Shown piece by piece: positions 26,598 to 36,943 of a DNA stretch of 64,000 nucleotides. Numbering within the stretch: the first letter of the stretch is position 1; the number at the start of each line of letters is the position of its first letter. The notes under the pieces were generated by a model. That model was given only the letters and a program-made list of their open reading frames with translations. It was not told the origin of the DNA and did no database searches. The position numbers and the translations under genes are program-made. This stretch comes from Bacteroidales bacterium (GTDB lineage Bacteria > Bacteroidota > Bacteroidia > Bacteroidales > JAGONC01): assembly GCA_035342335.1 (NCBI GenBank), contig DAOQWY010000015.1, positions 6,971-70,970 on the forward strand. Reading direction: 5' to 3'.

Positions 26598-27530
26598 ATG
26601 GAAAAAGTAAAATGCCTGATCATTGGTTCGGGGCCTGCCGGTTACACAGCCGCCATTTATGCTGCCAGGGCTGACATGCACCCGGTGCTGTATACGGGGA
26701 TGCAACCGGGAGGTCAGCTCACTACCACCAATGATGTTGAAAATTTTCCCGGTTATCCCGAAGGGGTAGCCGGACCCCAGTTAATGGATGATCTCCAGCA
26801 ACAGGCCGGGCGTTTTAAAACCGATATCCGTTTCGGGATCATCACCAGGGCGGATCTATCGTCACGGCCTTTCCATATCGTGGCCGAGGATGGTGCCGAA
26901 CTTCTGGCGGAGACCCTGATCATCGCCACAGGAGCCACTGCCCGTTACCTGGGTCTGCCTTCGGAGGAACGATTCAAAGGCCGTGGCGTGTCGGCCTGTG
27001 CCACGTGCGATGGATTTTTTTACAGGGGACAGGATGTAGCCGTTGTCGGAGGAGGGGATACGGCTGCAGAGGAAGCTTCCTACCTTTCAAAGATGTGCCG
27101 CAAAGTTTACCTGATCCACCGCCGGAACGAACTCAGGGCATCAAAGGCCATGCAGCACAGGGTGTTGAATACGGGCAACATCGAAGTTGTGTGGGACCAC
27201 GTTCCCATTGAAATTCTGGGCGACACGGCAGGGGTCAATGGTGTACTCATCGAAAATGTGAAAACGGGGACACGCCGGAAACTGGACCTGCTGGGATTTT
27301 TTGTTGCCATTGGTCATCAACCAAATACCGGCCTGTTCGCAGGACAGCTCACCCTGGATGCGAATGGATACATTGTTACCGCTCCTGATTCTACAAGGAC
27401 CAATGTGGAAGGGGTCTTCGCCTGCGGGGATGTTCAGGATCACGTGTTCCGGCAGGCGATCACTGCCGCGGGCACCGGGTGTATGGCAGCCCTGGAAGCA
27501 GAACGGTTTTTAGCTGCCCTTGAAACATGA
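26598..27530 (+). CDS. trxB: thioredoxin-disulfide reductase
   Basis: ATG at 26598 (MEKVKCLIIGSGPAGYTAAIYAARA). Redox-active CATCDGFFY. Second dinucleotide fold VAVVGGGDTAAEEASYL. Confidence 0.9.
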   Translation: MEKVKCLIIGSGPAGYTAAIYAARADMHPVLYTGMQPGGQLTTTNDVENFPGYPEGVAGPQLMDDLQQQAGRFKTDIRFGIITRADLSSRPFHIVAEDGAELLAETLIIATGATARYLGLPSEERFKGRGVSACATCDGFFYRGQDVAVVGGGDTAAEEASYLSKMCRKVYLIHRRNELRASKAMQHRVLNTGNIEVVWDHVPIEILGDTAGVNGVLIENVKTGTRRKLDLLGFFVAIGHQPNTGLFAGQLTLDANGYIVTAPDSTRTNVEGVFACGDVQDHVFRQAITAAGTGCMAALEAERFLAALET

Positions 27531-28462
27531 CCGACCGGACACACCTGATCATCAGGACCTCCTGGATCGGAATTATCGGGAACTCCCTCCTGTCGGTAAT
27601 GAAGATCGTTCTCGGATTCATCTCCGGCAGCCTTGCCGTGGTGGGTGATGGCATCGACTCAGCCGGGGATATCATTATCTCCTGGATCACTTTGTTCACT
27701 GCACGTTTCATTTCCAGGCCTCCCGATACAACGTACGCCTATGGCTATGCAAAAGCGGATACCCTTGCGACCCTTGTTTTAGCTTTCGTCATTTTTTTCG
27801 CCGGAGCACAACTGGCGATTTCTTCGGTTACTCAGCTTTTCAAAGGGGAATATCCCGCAATCCCCTCCCTGCTGGCCATTTATGTGACGGTGATCTCCAT
27901 TGCCGGAAAACTGATCTTAAGCCTGATCCATTTTCGCACGGGAAGGCAGATCAACAGTGCCATGCTCATTGCCAACGGAAAAAACATGCAGAATGACATG
28001 ATCATTTCCCTTGGGGTACTTATCGGTCTTTTTTTTACGCGGATATATGACCTGCCCGTCATTGACAAGATCATCGCCCTGGTCATCAGTGTCTGGATCA
28101 TGCGTGTGGGCCTCCAGATCTTCATGCGCACCAATATTGAGCTGATGGATGGGATCAAGGATCCTGCTGTTTATGATCAGATCGTGAAGGCTGTCGGGCG
28201 TGTGCCAAAAGCGCAGAACCCTCACCGGATGAGGGTTCACCAGATCGGAAACTCCTACATGATCACCTGCGATATTGAAGTGGACGGGACCATCACGGTG
28301 GATGAATCCCATGAGATCGCAAAAAATGTGGAAGAAAGCATTAAAGCCAACATTGGCAACGTTTACGACGTGATGGTTCACGTGGAACCTGCAGGTAACA
28401 TCGAACGTGAGGTCTATGGCGTTTCGGACCATGATGTGAAAAAAATCAACCCGGGCAAATGA
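27527..28462 (+). CDS. cation diffusion facilitator (CDF) family metal efflux transporter
   Basis: SLLSVMKIVLGFISGSLAVVGDGIDSAGDIII... and YGYAKADTLATLVLAFVIFFAG are typical CDF TM2/TM3 motifs. There is a C-terminal cytoplasmic domain. The start overlaps the trxB stop as ATGA. Confidence 0.8.
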   Translation: MTDRTHLIIRTSWIGIIGNSLLSVMKIVLGFISGSLAVVGDGIDSAGDIIISWITLFTARFISRPPDTTYAYGYAKADTLATLVLAFVIFFAGAQLAISSVTQLFKGEYPAIPSLLAIYVTVISIAGKLILSLIHFRTGRQINSAMLIANGKNMQNDMIISLGVLIGLFFTRIYDLPVIDKIIALVISVWIMRVGLQIFMRTNIELMDGIKDPAVYDQIVKAVGRVPKAQNPHRMRVHQIGNSYMITCDIEVDGTITVDESHEIAKNVEESIKANIGNVYDVMVHVEPAGNIEREVYGVSDHDVKKINPGK

Positions 28463-28491
28463 TCCGTCCGCTGCCGTTATAGACCATTTTA

Positions 28492-28499
28492 TATATTTG
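28492..28499 (+). promoter_or_regulatory. possible -7 box TATATTTG for purL
   Basis: Exact TAnnTTTG match 39 nt upstream of the ATG at 28538. Confidence 0.35.
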
Positions 28500-28537
28500 C
28501 GGAAAAAATCCCATTTTGCCATCCAAACCAGCTTTAA

Positions 28538-31500
28538 ATGGTCATTTTTTTTACGAAATCCTCCTCTGTTTTTGCCGTTGAATATATCCATCCACCAAAG
28601 GAACAAGATCTTCTGAAACTGGAATGGCTGTTTGGGGGCGCCAGTGCCCGGTCATTGACCGCACTGGCGGGTGATTTTACCGGTCCGCGAAAGGAAATGA
28701 TCACACCCTGGAGCACCAATGCGGTGGAAATTACCCAGAATATGGGGATCGAAGGAATACGGCGCATTGAGGAATTCCAGCGGTCGGAAGCTGATCCGGT
28801 CATGTTTGATCCAATGCTCCAGGCCAGGTATCATTCTCTTGACCAGGATCTGTACACCGTGGATAAAATTCCTGAGCCGCTAACCCTCATCAATGATATT
28901 GCTGCCTATAATCTGCAGGAAGGACTTTCACTGAACCAAGAGGAATTGGCTTATCTGGAACAGCTCAGCCGGAAGCTGGGCAGGCTGCTGACCGATACCG
29001 AGGTTTTTGGATTCTCACAGGTCAACTCGGAGCATTGCCGGCATAAAATATTCAATGGCGTTTTTATCCTGAACGGGAAACGCAAAAAAGAATCCCTTTT
29101 TGAATTGATCAGGAAGACCTCCCGGCTTCATCCGAACCGGCTGGTTTCGGCCTATAAAGATAATTGTGCCCTGATCTCGGGACCTGTTGTTCAGCAATTT
29201 GCTCCGTCACGACAGGACCGGGCCGCCTTTTTCAGGATCAGGGATATCGGAACGGTCCTCTCGCTGAAAGCCGAAACGCATAATTTCCCGACAACGGTGG
29301 AGCCGTTTAACGGAGCCGCAACGGGTACAGGAGGGGAGATCCGGGACCGGATGGCGGGAGGAAAGGGCAGCATTCCGATGGCGGGCACTGCCGTGTACAT
29401 GACCTCTTATCCCCGGCTGGAGCCCGGTCGTCCGTGGGAAAGGAAAAGCAAGCCGCGAAAATGGCTCTACAAGACACCGGAAGAAATTCTGATCAAAGCG
29501 TCGAACGGCGCCAGTGATTTTGGGAATAAATTCGGTCAGCCATTGATCTGCGGAAGCCTGCTGACCTTTGAACATCAACACGCTTCCAGATCCTATGGTT
29601 ACGATAAGGTGATCATGCTGGCAGGAGGGATCGGATATGCCAAAAAAGAGGATAGCTTCAAGGATCTCCCCGCAGCCGGAGATGCCATCATTGTCATGGG
29701 AGGGGATAACTACCGGATCGGCATGGGTGGCGGAGCGGTTTCCTCCGTTGCCACCGGTGAATACGGCAATGCCATTGAACTGAATGCTGTCCAGCGTTCC
29801 AATCCGGAGATGCAGAAACGGGTGGCCAACGCCTTGCGCGCTCTGGTTGAGAATTCCCGCAATCCTATCGTTGCCATCCACGATCACGGTGCCGGCGGAC
29901 ACCTGAACGCCATTTCCGAACTTGTGGAAAGAACGGGAGGAAAGATATTCATTCGAAAATTTCCCATCGGAGACCCAACCCTCTCCTCCAGGGAGATCAT
30001 GGGAAACGAATCGCAGGAACGGATGGGCCTGATCCTGAAACCTGCCGATGTGCCCCTGCTCAAAGCCATCGCCGACCGGGAAAGAGCTCCTATGTACGTG
30101 GTGGGAGAAGTAACGGGGGATCTTCAGTTTGAAGTGATCGACGAGAAGGAGCAATCCCGCCCGATCCATCTCCATCTGAACGATATGTTTGGCAAACCGC
30201 CAGGGACCGTGATGGAGGATACTACACTCCCGACCGCGTTCGAGCCGCTGGTCTATGCGGAAGAGCATCTGCACGATTACCTGGAGCAGGTGCTGCAACT
30301 TGAATCGGTAGCCTGTAAGGACTGGCTGACCAATAAGGTGGACAGATCGGTCACTGGAAAGGTTGCCTTTCAACAGACCACCGGACCTCTTCAGCTACCC
30401 CTCAACAACCTGGGGGCGGTTGCACTGGACTTTCAGGGAAAAAGGGGAATTGCCACTGCCATCGGCCATGCCCCGGTTGCAGGCCTGATCGACCCGGAGG
30501 CTGGTTCGGTATTGTCGGTGGCCGAAGCCCTGACCAACCTCATCTGGGCGCCGCTGGTGGATGGCATTCGTGGCATTTCGCTCAGCGCCAACTGGATGTG
30601 GCCTGCCAAAAATCCGGGGGAGGATGAACGCCTTTACCGGGCCGTAGAAGCCGTCAGCCGGTTCGCCATTGATCTGGGGATCAATATCCCGACCGGAAAG
30701 GATTCTCTTTCCATGACACAGAAATACCCTGACGGGACCGTTGTTTTCGCCCCGGGGACCGTCATCATCTCAGCAATGAGCGAAGTGACCGATGTGCGAA
30801 GAATCGTCACCCCCGTTCCGGACCCTGATCCCCTCAAAAAGCTGATTTATATCGACTTGTCGCGGAAGCCGCTTGAACCTGGAGGAAGCAGTTTTGCGCA
30901 GATCCTGGGGCAGCCCGGAAATGTAACACCCACGGTCCGTGATCCGGCTTATTTTGTGAACGTCTTCAACACGATCCAGATGTTGATCACCGATGGGCAG
31001 ATCAGTGCGGGTCACGACATTTCTGCCGGAGGGATGATCGTCACCCTGCTGGAGATGGTCTTTGCCAGGAATGACATCGGATTGGATCTTGATCTTTCCG
31101 GGCTGAGGGAACCTGACGTGATAAAATGCCTTTTCAGCGAGAACCCGGGCATCATCATACAGGCTGATGCAGGGCAACGCGTGATGAAAGCGCTGGATGA
31201 CAACGGCGTTCTCTGCCATCTGATCGGGAATGTTTGCCTGCAGCGCAAAATGACGATTCAGACGGAGCACGGATTCCTTGCGTTCGATATTGATACCCTG
31301 CGCGATCTGTGGTTTAAGTCGTCGTATCTGCTTGACCGGAACCAGACCCTGCCTCGCCTGGCACTGGACCGCTTCCGGAATTTTAAGCATCAGCCCCTTG
31401 AATATAACTTTTTACCTGCATTTGAAGGACGTTTCAGCCAATACGCCCTCCTGCCCAAAAGAAAGACCGGAACCGGAATCCCTGCAGCGATCATTCGAGA

Positions 31501-32233
31501 GAAAGGTGTCAACGGCGACCGCGAAATGGCCTGGTCGCTATACCTGGCCGGCTTTGATGTGAAGGATATCCACATGACCGATCTGATCTCAGGCAGAGAA
31601 AATCTTGAGGATGTTCATTTCATCGTTTTTGTCGGAGGATTTTCCAATTCGGATGTTTTGGGATCAGGCAAGGGCTGGGCCGGAGCTTTTTTGTTCAACC
31701 CCAGAGCGAAGGCGGCTCTGGACAGGTTTTACCAACGGGAGGATACCCTCAGTTTGGGCATGTGCAACGGATGCCAGGTACTCGTGGAACTCGGTCTGAT
31801 CTGCCCCGGCCATGCCGAATCCCCGCGGATGCTTCACAATGAATCCGGGAAATTTGAATCCTGCTTTATTAACGTGGATATTCTGGAAAATCATTCTGTG
31901 ATGCTTCGTTCCCTGGCTGGCAGCCGTCTCGGGATATGGGTGGCCCACGGCGAGGGAAGATTTGAGCTTCCGTACGATGAAGAAAGGTATCACATTCCCG
32001 TTAAATACGCATACGGCGGATATCCGGGTAATCCAAACGGATCTGCCTGCAATGCAGCAGCCGTCTGCTCGGAGGATGGCCGTCATCTGGCCATGATGCC
32101 TCACATCGAACGGGCCGTGTATCCCTGGCAGTGGCCTTACTACCCGGAGAACCGCCGCTCGGATGAGGTGTCACCCTGGATCGGGGCATTTGTCAACGCA
32201 AGGGAATGGATTAAATCAATGCGCAAAATATGA
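28538..32233 (+). CDS. purL: phosphoribosylformylglycinamidine synthase, single-chain large form
   Basis: 1231 aa. It has the [11 protein letters not shown] motif, AIR-synthase-like repeats and a C-terminal glutaminase ([15 protein letters not shown]). Confidence 0.9.
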   Translation: MVIFFTKSSSVFAVEYIHPPKEQDLLKLEWLFGGASARSLTALAGDFTGPRKEMITPWSTNAVEITQNMGIEGIRRIEEFQRSEADPVMFDPMLQARYHSLDQDLYTVDKIPEPLTLINDIAAYNLQEGLSLNQEELAYLEQLSRKLGRLLTDTEVFGFSQVNSEHCRHKIFNGVFILNGKRKKESLFELIRKTSRLHPNRLVSAYKDNCALISGPVVQQFAPSRQDRAAFFRIRDIGTVLSLKAETHNFPTTVEPFNGAATGTGGEIRDRMAGGKGSIPMAGTAVYMTSYPRLEPGRPWERKSKPRKWLYKTPEEILIKASNGASDFGNKFGQPLICGSLLTFEHQHASRSYGYDKVIMLAGGIGYAKKEDSFKDLPAAGDAIIVMGGDNYRIGMGGGAVSSVATGEYGNAIELNAVQRSNPEMQKRVANALRALVENSRNPIVAIHDHGAGGHLNAISELVERTGGKIFIRKFPIGDPTLSSREIMGNESQERMGLILKPADVPLLKAIADRERAPMYVVGEVTGDLQFEVIDEKEQSRPIHLHLNDMFGKPPGTVMEDTTLPTAFEPLVYAEEHLHDYLEQVLQLESVACKDWLTNKVDRSVTGKVAFQQTTGPLQLPLNNLGAVALDFQGKRGIATAIGHAPVAGLIDPEAGSVLSVAEALTNLIWAPLVDGIRGISLSANWMWPAKNPGEDERLYRAVEAVSRFAIDLGINIPTGKDSLSMTQKYPDGTVVFAPGTVIISAMSEVTDVRRIVTPVPDPDPLKKLIYIDLSRKPLEPGGSSFAQILGQPGNVTPTVRDPAYFVNVFNTIQMLITDGQISAGHDISAGGMIVTLLEMVFARNDIGLDLDLSGLREPDVIKCLFSENPGIIIQADAGQRVMKALDDNGVLCHLIGNVCLQRKMTIQTEHGFLAFDIDTLRDLWFKSSYLLDRNQTLPRLALDRFRNFKHQPLEYNFLPAFEGRFSQYALLPKRKTGTGIPAAIIREKGVNGDREMAWSLYLAGFDVKDIHMTDLISGRENLEDVHFIVFVGGFSNSDVLGSGKGWAGAFLFNPRAKAALDRFYQREDTLSLGMCNGCQVLVELGLICPGHAESPRMLHNESGKFESCFINVDILENHSVMLRSLAGSRLGIWVAHGEGRFELPYDEERYHIPVKYAYGGYPGNPNGSACNAAAVCSEDGRHLAMMPHIERAVYPWQWPYYPENRRSDEVSPWIGAFVNAREWIKSMRKI

Positions 32234-32946
32234 GCATACATCTACAGGCTTCCCCGGGCCAGATTGCCGAAACAGTTCTTCTGCCAGGCGACCCGGTGAG
32301 AGCAACCTTCATCGCTGAAACCTATCTTGAGGATCCGGTCTGCCATAACCAGATCCGCGGTATGTACGGCTACACGGGCACCTATAAGGGCCGCAAGATC
32401 TCGGTGCAGGGAACAGGGATGGGAATTCCCTCCATTGCCATCTACGTTCACGAACTCATTGCGGATTATCAGGTGAAAAACCTCATCCGGGTTGGCTCGT
32501 GCGGAGCTATCCGGAATGATATCGGCATCAGGGATGTCATCCTGGCCATGTCGGCATCCACGGATTCAAATTTCAATAAGCATCGTTTTGGCCAGATGGA
32601 CTTCGCACCCACAGCCAGCTTCCAGCTTTTGAAACACGCCTGGGAAGTGGCCCGCCGTCTGAACATCAAGGTTGACGTTGGTAATGTGCTGACTTCTGAC
32701 ATTTTTTACTATGAAGACGGACAGGCAGATCCTTTTCAGGTCTGGAGGGATTACGGTGTTCTGGTTGTGGAAATGGAAACGACAGCGCTCTATACGCTGG
32801 CTGCACGGTATGGCGTGAATGCATTGTCCATCCTTACAGTCAGTGATAATATATACCATAATTTGCACATAACGACCCGGGAAAGGGAACGGTCTTTCCG
32901 GCAGATGATTGAGATTGCGCTTGAGGTGGCGATCACGCAAGGGTAA
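32230..32946 (+). CDS. deoD: purine-nucleoside phosphorylase, DeoD type
   Basis: [62 protein letters not shown] closely parallels E. coli DeoD. The start overlaps the purL stop as ATGA. Confidence 0.9.
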   Translation: MSIHLQASPGQIAETVLLPGDPVRATFIAETYLEDPVCHNQIRGMYGYTGTYKGRKISVQGTGMGIPSIAIYVHELIADYQVKNLIRVGSCGAIRNDIGIRDVILAMSASTDSNFNKHRFGQMDFAPTASFQLLKHAWEVARRLNIKVDVGNVLTSDIFYYEDGQADPFQVWRDYGVLVVEMETTALYTLAARYGVNALSILTVSDNIYHNLHITTRERERSFRQMIEIALEVAITQG

Positions 32947-32949
32947 AAG

Positions 32950-33040
32950 ATGGTCATGGATTGTTATTCATGGTGATTCGTGGTCATCAGTTGTTATTCC
33001 TTTAACAATTTAACAATTTGACAGTTTGACAATTTAAAAA
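32950..33040. repeat. composite tandem-repeat element R3: five 10-mer-like units, then 5 x 8-mer (TTTRACAR)
   Basis: Units atggtcatgg attgttattc atggtgattc gtggtcatca gttgttattc at 32950-32999 contain the ATTCGTGGTC motif of R2. Units tttaacaa tttaacaa tttgacag tttgacaa tttaaaaa follow at 33001-33040. Confidence 0.8.
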
Positions 33041-33051
33041 AACCTATCGAT

Positions 33052-34815
33052 ATGGAAATTACTCGCATTTTTGATATTCTGGATCGAATGTCGGTTGAAT
33101 ATCAACACGTTCAGGATGCCCTGGCGTATAAACAGAATGGACACTGGATCAAGTTTTCCGTCGGTGATTACATCCGCTACGCCAACCAGGTAAGCAAAGC
33201 GCTTCTTGCACTGGGAATAAAGGAGGGCGATAAGGTTGCGACCGTCTTATCCAACAGCCCGCAGTGGAATTTCGTGGACATGGGGCTGATGCAGATCGGA
33301 GCTGTTCAGGTTCCCATTTATTCCACGATCAGCAAGGATAATTTCAAACACATTTTTGCCGAAGCCGAAGTGCAGGCCGTCTTCATAACCTCCCGGGATA
33401 TTTATGGCAAGATCAGGACGGTGATTGAGGAAGTGAAATCCATCAAAGCGGTATACCTGGTGGAGGAAACCGAAGGGGTGAAAAGCTGGGATGAGTTTCT
33501 CGCACTGGGAGAGGATATTCCCCAGCAACGCGTCGATGAAATGAAAGCGAACGTTGGCACCAACGATCTTGTTTCGATCATCTATACATCGGGCACAACA
33601 GGAATCCCCAAAGGGGTCATGCTATCGCACCGGAACTTCATCAGCCAGTGCATCGCCGTGAGCCAGATCCTTGAAAAAGACCCGGTGAAACGGGTGATGA
33701 GTTTTCTCCCGCTGTGCCACGTCTATGAAAGGATGCTGAATTATATGTACCAGTACATGGGCATTTCGGTATATTATGCAGAAAGCATCGAGAAACTCTC
33801 CGAGAACCTTCGCGAGGTGCATCCGGAGCTGTTCTGCGCTGTTCCCAGGGTAATTGAAAAATCGTTCGACCGCATCATGGCCAAAGGCAGGGAACTGAAA
33901 GGTATCAAGCGGTTACTGTTTTTCTGGGCTGTCAGCCTGGGTTACCAATTTGAGCTGAATAAGGCCAATGGTCCCTGGTATGAGCTGAAACGCAAGATTG
34001 CTGACCGGCTGATTTACAGCAAATGGAGAGCGGCGCTCGGTGGTAGTTTGCATATCATCGTGTCAGGCGGTGCCACCCTGCAGCCACGCCTTGCCCGGGT
34101 TTTCTGGGCCGCCGGGATCAAAGTGATGGAAGGCTACGGACTTACCGAAACATCGCCTGTCATTGCCGTTGCCAACTTTGAGCCGGATGGTGTATGCTTT
34201 GGTACGGTCGGCAAGGTGCTGCCGGGCGTAACGCTGGGCTTTGCCCGCGACGGAGAGATCCTGTGCAAGGGACCCAATGTCATGCTGGGTTATTACAAAC
34301 ACCCCCAGCTGACCAAAGAGGTGATCGACACCGACGGATGGTTTCATACCGGGGATATCGGGATGCTGGTTCAGGACACCTACCTCCGGATCACCGACCG
34401 TAAAAAAGAGATGTTCAAAACCTCGGGCGGTAAGTACATCGCCCCCCAGGTTCTGGAGGTGCTCTTCAAAGCCTCCCCTTTCATTGATGGGGTTATGGTG
34501 GTCGGTGAAAACAGGAATTTCCCTGCGGCCATCATCATTCCGGATTTTCAGCATCTGCGCTCCTGGTGCCGTGTCAAGAATCATCCCTATACAACCGATG
34601 CGGATGCCATCCGGGATCAGAGGATCGTTGACCGCATCCAGCGTGAGATCGATCAGGTGAACACTACACTGGATAAAACAGAACAGGTCAAACGGGTGGT
34701 TTTCCTGGATAAACCCTGGACCGTGGAGGATGGAGACCTCAGCCAGACACTGAAGCTCAGAAGAAAATATCTGATGGAGAAATACAGGGACATCATTGAC
34801 AGGCTCTATGCATAA
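33052..34815 (+). CDS. AMP-dependent long-chain acyl-CoA synthetase/ligase
   Basis: 587 aa. AMP-binding signature YTSGTTGIPKGVMLSHRN, GYGLTETSP, and DGWFHTGDIG...TDRKKEMFKTSGGKYIAPQ. Confidence 0.85.
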   Translation: MEITRIFDILDRMSVEYQHVQDALAYKQNGHWIKFSVGDYIRYANQVSKALLALGIKEGDKVATVLSNSPQWNFVDMGLMQIGAVQVPIYSTISKDNFKHIFAEAEVQAVFITSRDIYGKIRTVIEEVKSIKAVYLVEETEGVKSWDEFLALGEDIPQQRVDEMKANVGTNDLVSIIYTSGTTGIPKGVMLSHRNFISQCIAVSQILEKDPVKRVMSFLPLCHVYERMLNYMYQYMGISVYYAESIEKLSENLREVHPELFCAVPRVIEKSFDRIMAKGRELKGIKRLLFFWAVSLGYQFELNKANGPWYELKRKIADRLIYSKWRAALGGSLHIIVSGGATLQPRLARVFWAAGIKVMEGYGLTETSPVIAVANFEPDGVCFGTVGKVLPGVTLGFARDGEILCKGPNVMLGYYKHPQLTKEVIDTDGWFHTGDIGMLVQDTYLRITDRKKEMFKTSGGKYIAPQVLEVLFKASPFIDGVMVVGENRNFPAAIIIPDFQHLRSWCRVKNHPYTTDADAIRDQRIVDRIQREIDQVNTTLDKTEQVKRVVFLDKPWTVEDGDLSQTLKLRRKYLMEKYRDIIDRLYA

Positions 34816-34990
34816 CTGCGAACTGCGAACTGCGAACTGCAAACTGCAAACTGCAAACTGCAAACTGCAAACTGCAAACTGCAAACTATCATTTACCGCC
34901 TGCCAGGGACCCGCAGACCCGCAGACCTGCAGACCTGAGAACCAGCAGACCCGCAGACCTGAGAACCTGCAAACCCGCAGACCTGAAAAC
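34814..34990. repeat. composite tandem-repeat element R4: 10 x 7-mer (AACTGCR), 27-bp spacer, 10 x 8-mer (CCGCAGAC-like)
   Basis: aactgcg x3 and aactgca x7 at 34814-34883. Units ccgcagac ccgcagac ctgcagac ctgagaac cagcagac ccgcagac ctgagaac ctgcaaac ccgcagac ctgaaaac at 34911-34990. The element starts inside the TAA stop of the ligase gene. Confidence 0.9.
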
Positions 34991-35006
34991 CTGGCTTCCG
35001 GATCTT

Positions 35007-36014
35007 TCAATGCAGTATCTTGAATACCAACTCTTTCAGCAGTTCTCCGTCGTCGGTCGATACATTCTCCACTCCTTTTGATTTCAGATCATACTCCCTC
35101 AGCAGGGATATGATGCGGGCCAGCTGCGCAGGAGCGTAATTCCGGGCCGTGGTCTGGTAATCCTGCAGAAAATAGGGATTGACCGACAGCGCTGCAGCAG
35201 CGCTGTTTTTGGATTTGTCTTTCAGTTGGTGGAAGATGAGCACTTTGGAGAAAAAGGCATACAGGATGGACAAAACCCTGTTCAATGGATTTTCTTTTGG
35301 ATTGCTGGCAAAATACATTGCAATCTGGTTTGCCCTGAAAATGTCGCGGTTGCCCAGTGCTTTCTGGAGCTCAAAGACATTGTAATCCTTATGGACCCCA
35401 ACGTGTTTTTCGACCAGTGCATCGTCAATCACCCTCTTGTCGGGTATGTTGATCTGTAATTTGCTGATTTCATTAACGATACGGTTCAGATCACTTCCCA
35501 GGTATTCCGTCAGCATCAGGGTGGCTTTGGGCGTGATCTCAAATCCTTTTTCCCTCAGGAAATCCCTGATCCAATCGGGGATCCGGTTATCATAAATCCT
35601 CTGTGATTCAAAGAAAACCCCTTTTTTTTCAACAGTTTTGACCAGGGTCCTGCGTTTATCGAGTTTCCTGTATTTGTAGCATAACACCAGAACGGTTGTC
35701 GCGGAAGGGTTTTCGAGATAGGGGACCAGTTCTTCAAGATTCCTTACTTCCTGGGCTTCCTTTACGATCACCACCTGGCGTTCGGCCATCATGGGAAACT
35801 GTTTGGCGTAATCCATGATCAAGCCGGCATCTGCATCCTTTCCGTAAACAACGTTGAGGTTAAAGTCCTTTTCGTCATCCGGAACAACCTGCTCCTCGAT
35901 GTACATCGTGAGCTCATCAATAAAATAAGGCTCCTCTCCGGTGAGCAGGTAGACCGGAAAATACTTCTTGTTTTTCAGGTCACTGCGTATTTGTTCAAAA
36001 GTCAGGGAAGGCAT
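35007..36014 (-). CDS. holA: DNA polymerase III subunit delta
   Basis: 335 aa. The N-terminus FEQIRSDLKNKKYFPVYLLTGEEPYFIDELTMYIEE and the size are typical of HolA. Confidence 0.8.
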   Translation of the reverse strand: MPSLTFEQIRSDLKNKKYFPVYLLTGEEPYFIDELTMYIEEQVVPDDEKDFNLNVVYGKDADAGLIMDYAKQFPMMAERQVVIVKEAQEVRNLEELVPYLENPSATTVLVLCYKYRKLDKRRTLVKTVEKKGVFFESQRIYDNRIPDWIRDFLREKGFEITPKATLMLTEYLGSDLNRIVNEISKLQINIPDKRVIDDALVEKHVGVHKDYNVFELQKALGNRDIFRANQIAMYFASNPKENPLNRVLSILYAFFSKVLIFHQLKDKSKNSAAAALSVNPYFLQDYQTTARNYAPAQLARIISLLREYDLKSKGVENVSTDDGELLKELVFKILH

Positions 36015-36033
36015 TTTGACAGGGAGTTCTGGT

Positions 36034-36810
36034 TCAGAACCGCAGATGTTTTACCGTAAGTCCTTCATTGATAAGTTGTTTCAGTGATTCAATGCCGATC
36101 CTGACGTGCTGCTCGACGAATTCAGCGGAAACCTTCTGGTCGCTCTCCTCTGTCTTTATTCCTGATGAGATCATGGGCTGGTCAGAAACCAGCAGCAATG
36201 CTCCGGTGGGTATCTTGTTGGCAAATCCGACTATGAAAATGGTCGCCGTTTCCAGGTCAATGCCCATGCAGCGCGTTTTCTGCAGGTATTTTTTGAATCG
36301 TTCATCATATTCCCAGACCCTTCGGTTGGTGGTATAGACCGTACCGGTCCAGTAATCCCGTTCAAAGTCACGGATGGTGGTCGAGACAGCTTTTTGAAGG
36401 CTGAATGCAGGGAGGGCAGGAATTTCCGGCGGCAGGTAGTCATTCGAGGTTCCTTCACCCCGTATGGCAGCAATGGGAAGGATCAGGTCGCCGACACTGT
36501 TTTTCTTTTTCAGACCCCCGCATTTACCAAGGAACAAACAGGCTTTCGGCTGGACAACGCTCAGCAGGTCCATGATCGTGGCTGCATTGGCGCTGCCCAT
36601 GCCAAACTTGATCATGGTGATATGGCCCGCTGTGGCACTGGGCATTGGCCGGTCACTGCCCCTGATCTCCGTTTGGGTGATGCTGGCAAACAATTCGAGG
36701 TATTGACTGAAATTGACCAGCAGGATATACTCGCCGAAATCCTCCAGATTCATTCCCGTGTACCTGGGAAGCCAGTTGGTTACGATATCTTTTTTCGTTG
36801 TTATGGGCAT
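36034..36810 (-). CDS. amn: AMP nucleosidase (short form) / PNP-UDP family nucleosidase
   Basis: ORF 36034..36894, with an ATG at 36810 (MPITTKKDIVTNWLPRYTG). FGMGSANAATIMDLL, LGKCGGL and RGEGTSNDYLP are PNP_UDP_1 fold motifs of the Amn type. Confidence 0.7.
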   Translation of the reverse strand: MPITTKKDIVTNWLPRYTGMNLEDFGEYILLVNFSQYLELFASITQTEIRGSDRPMPSATAGHITMIKFGMGSANAATIMDLLSVVQPKACLFLGKCGGLKKKNSVGDLILPIAAIRGEGTSNDYLPPEIPALPAFSLQKAVSTTIRDFERDYWTGTVYTTNRRVWEYDERFKKYLQKTRCMGIDLETATIFIVGFANKIPTGALLLVSDQPMISSGIKTEESDQKVSAEFVEQHVRIGIESLKQLINEGLTVKHLRF

Positions 36811-36943
36811 AGTGCCTGATTTATTTACAAAAATAGGATTATTTTGCGTACCAAATCGGAAACAGCCTGACCTGAATTTCCGTAAAAGGAGCAAAGAGAT
36901 TGGTTACGCGGTTTCATTCAACAAGGAAGGCTTCAGGACACTA

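Noticed and set aside
29207-30373. A 388-aa minus-strand ORF inside purL.
   Set aside because: It is antisense to a strongly supported purL frame. The product is low-complexity, Arg/Gly/His-rich and motif-free.
34063-35010. A 315-aa minus-strand ORF running through repeat R4 into the ligase gene.
   Set aside because: Its N-terminal part is a translation of the tandem arrays (FSGLRVCRFSGLRVC..., LQFAVCSLQFAVCSLQFAV), and the rest is antisense to the acyl-CoA ligase.
36713-36943. The long N-terminal extension of the ABC exporter ORF as listed in the track (start 36713).
   Set aside because: It would overlap the divergent amn gene by about 100 nt and adds a non-homologous 77-aa leader. The ATG at 36944 starts exactly at the C39 domain.
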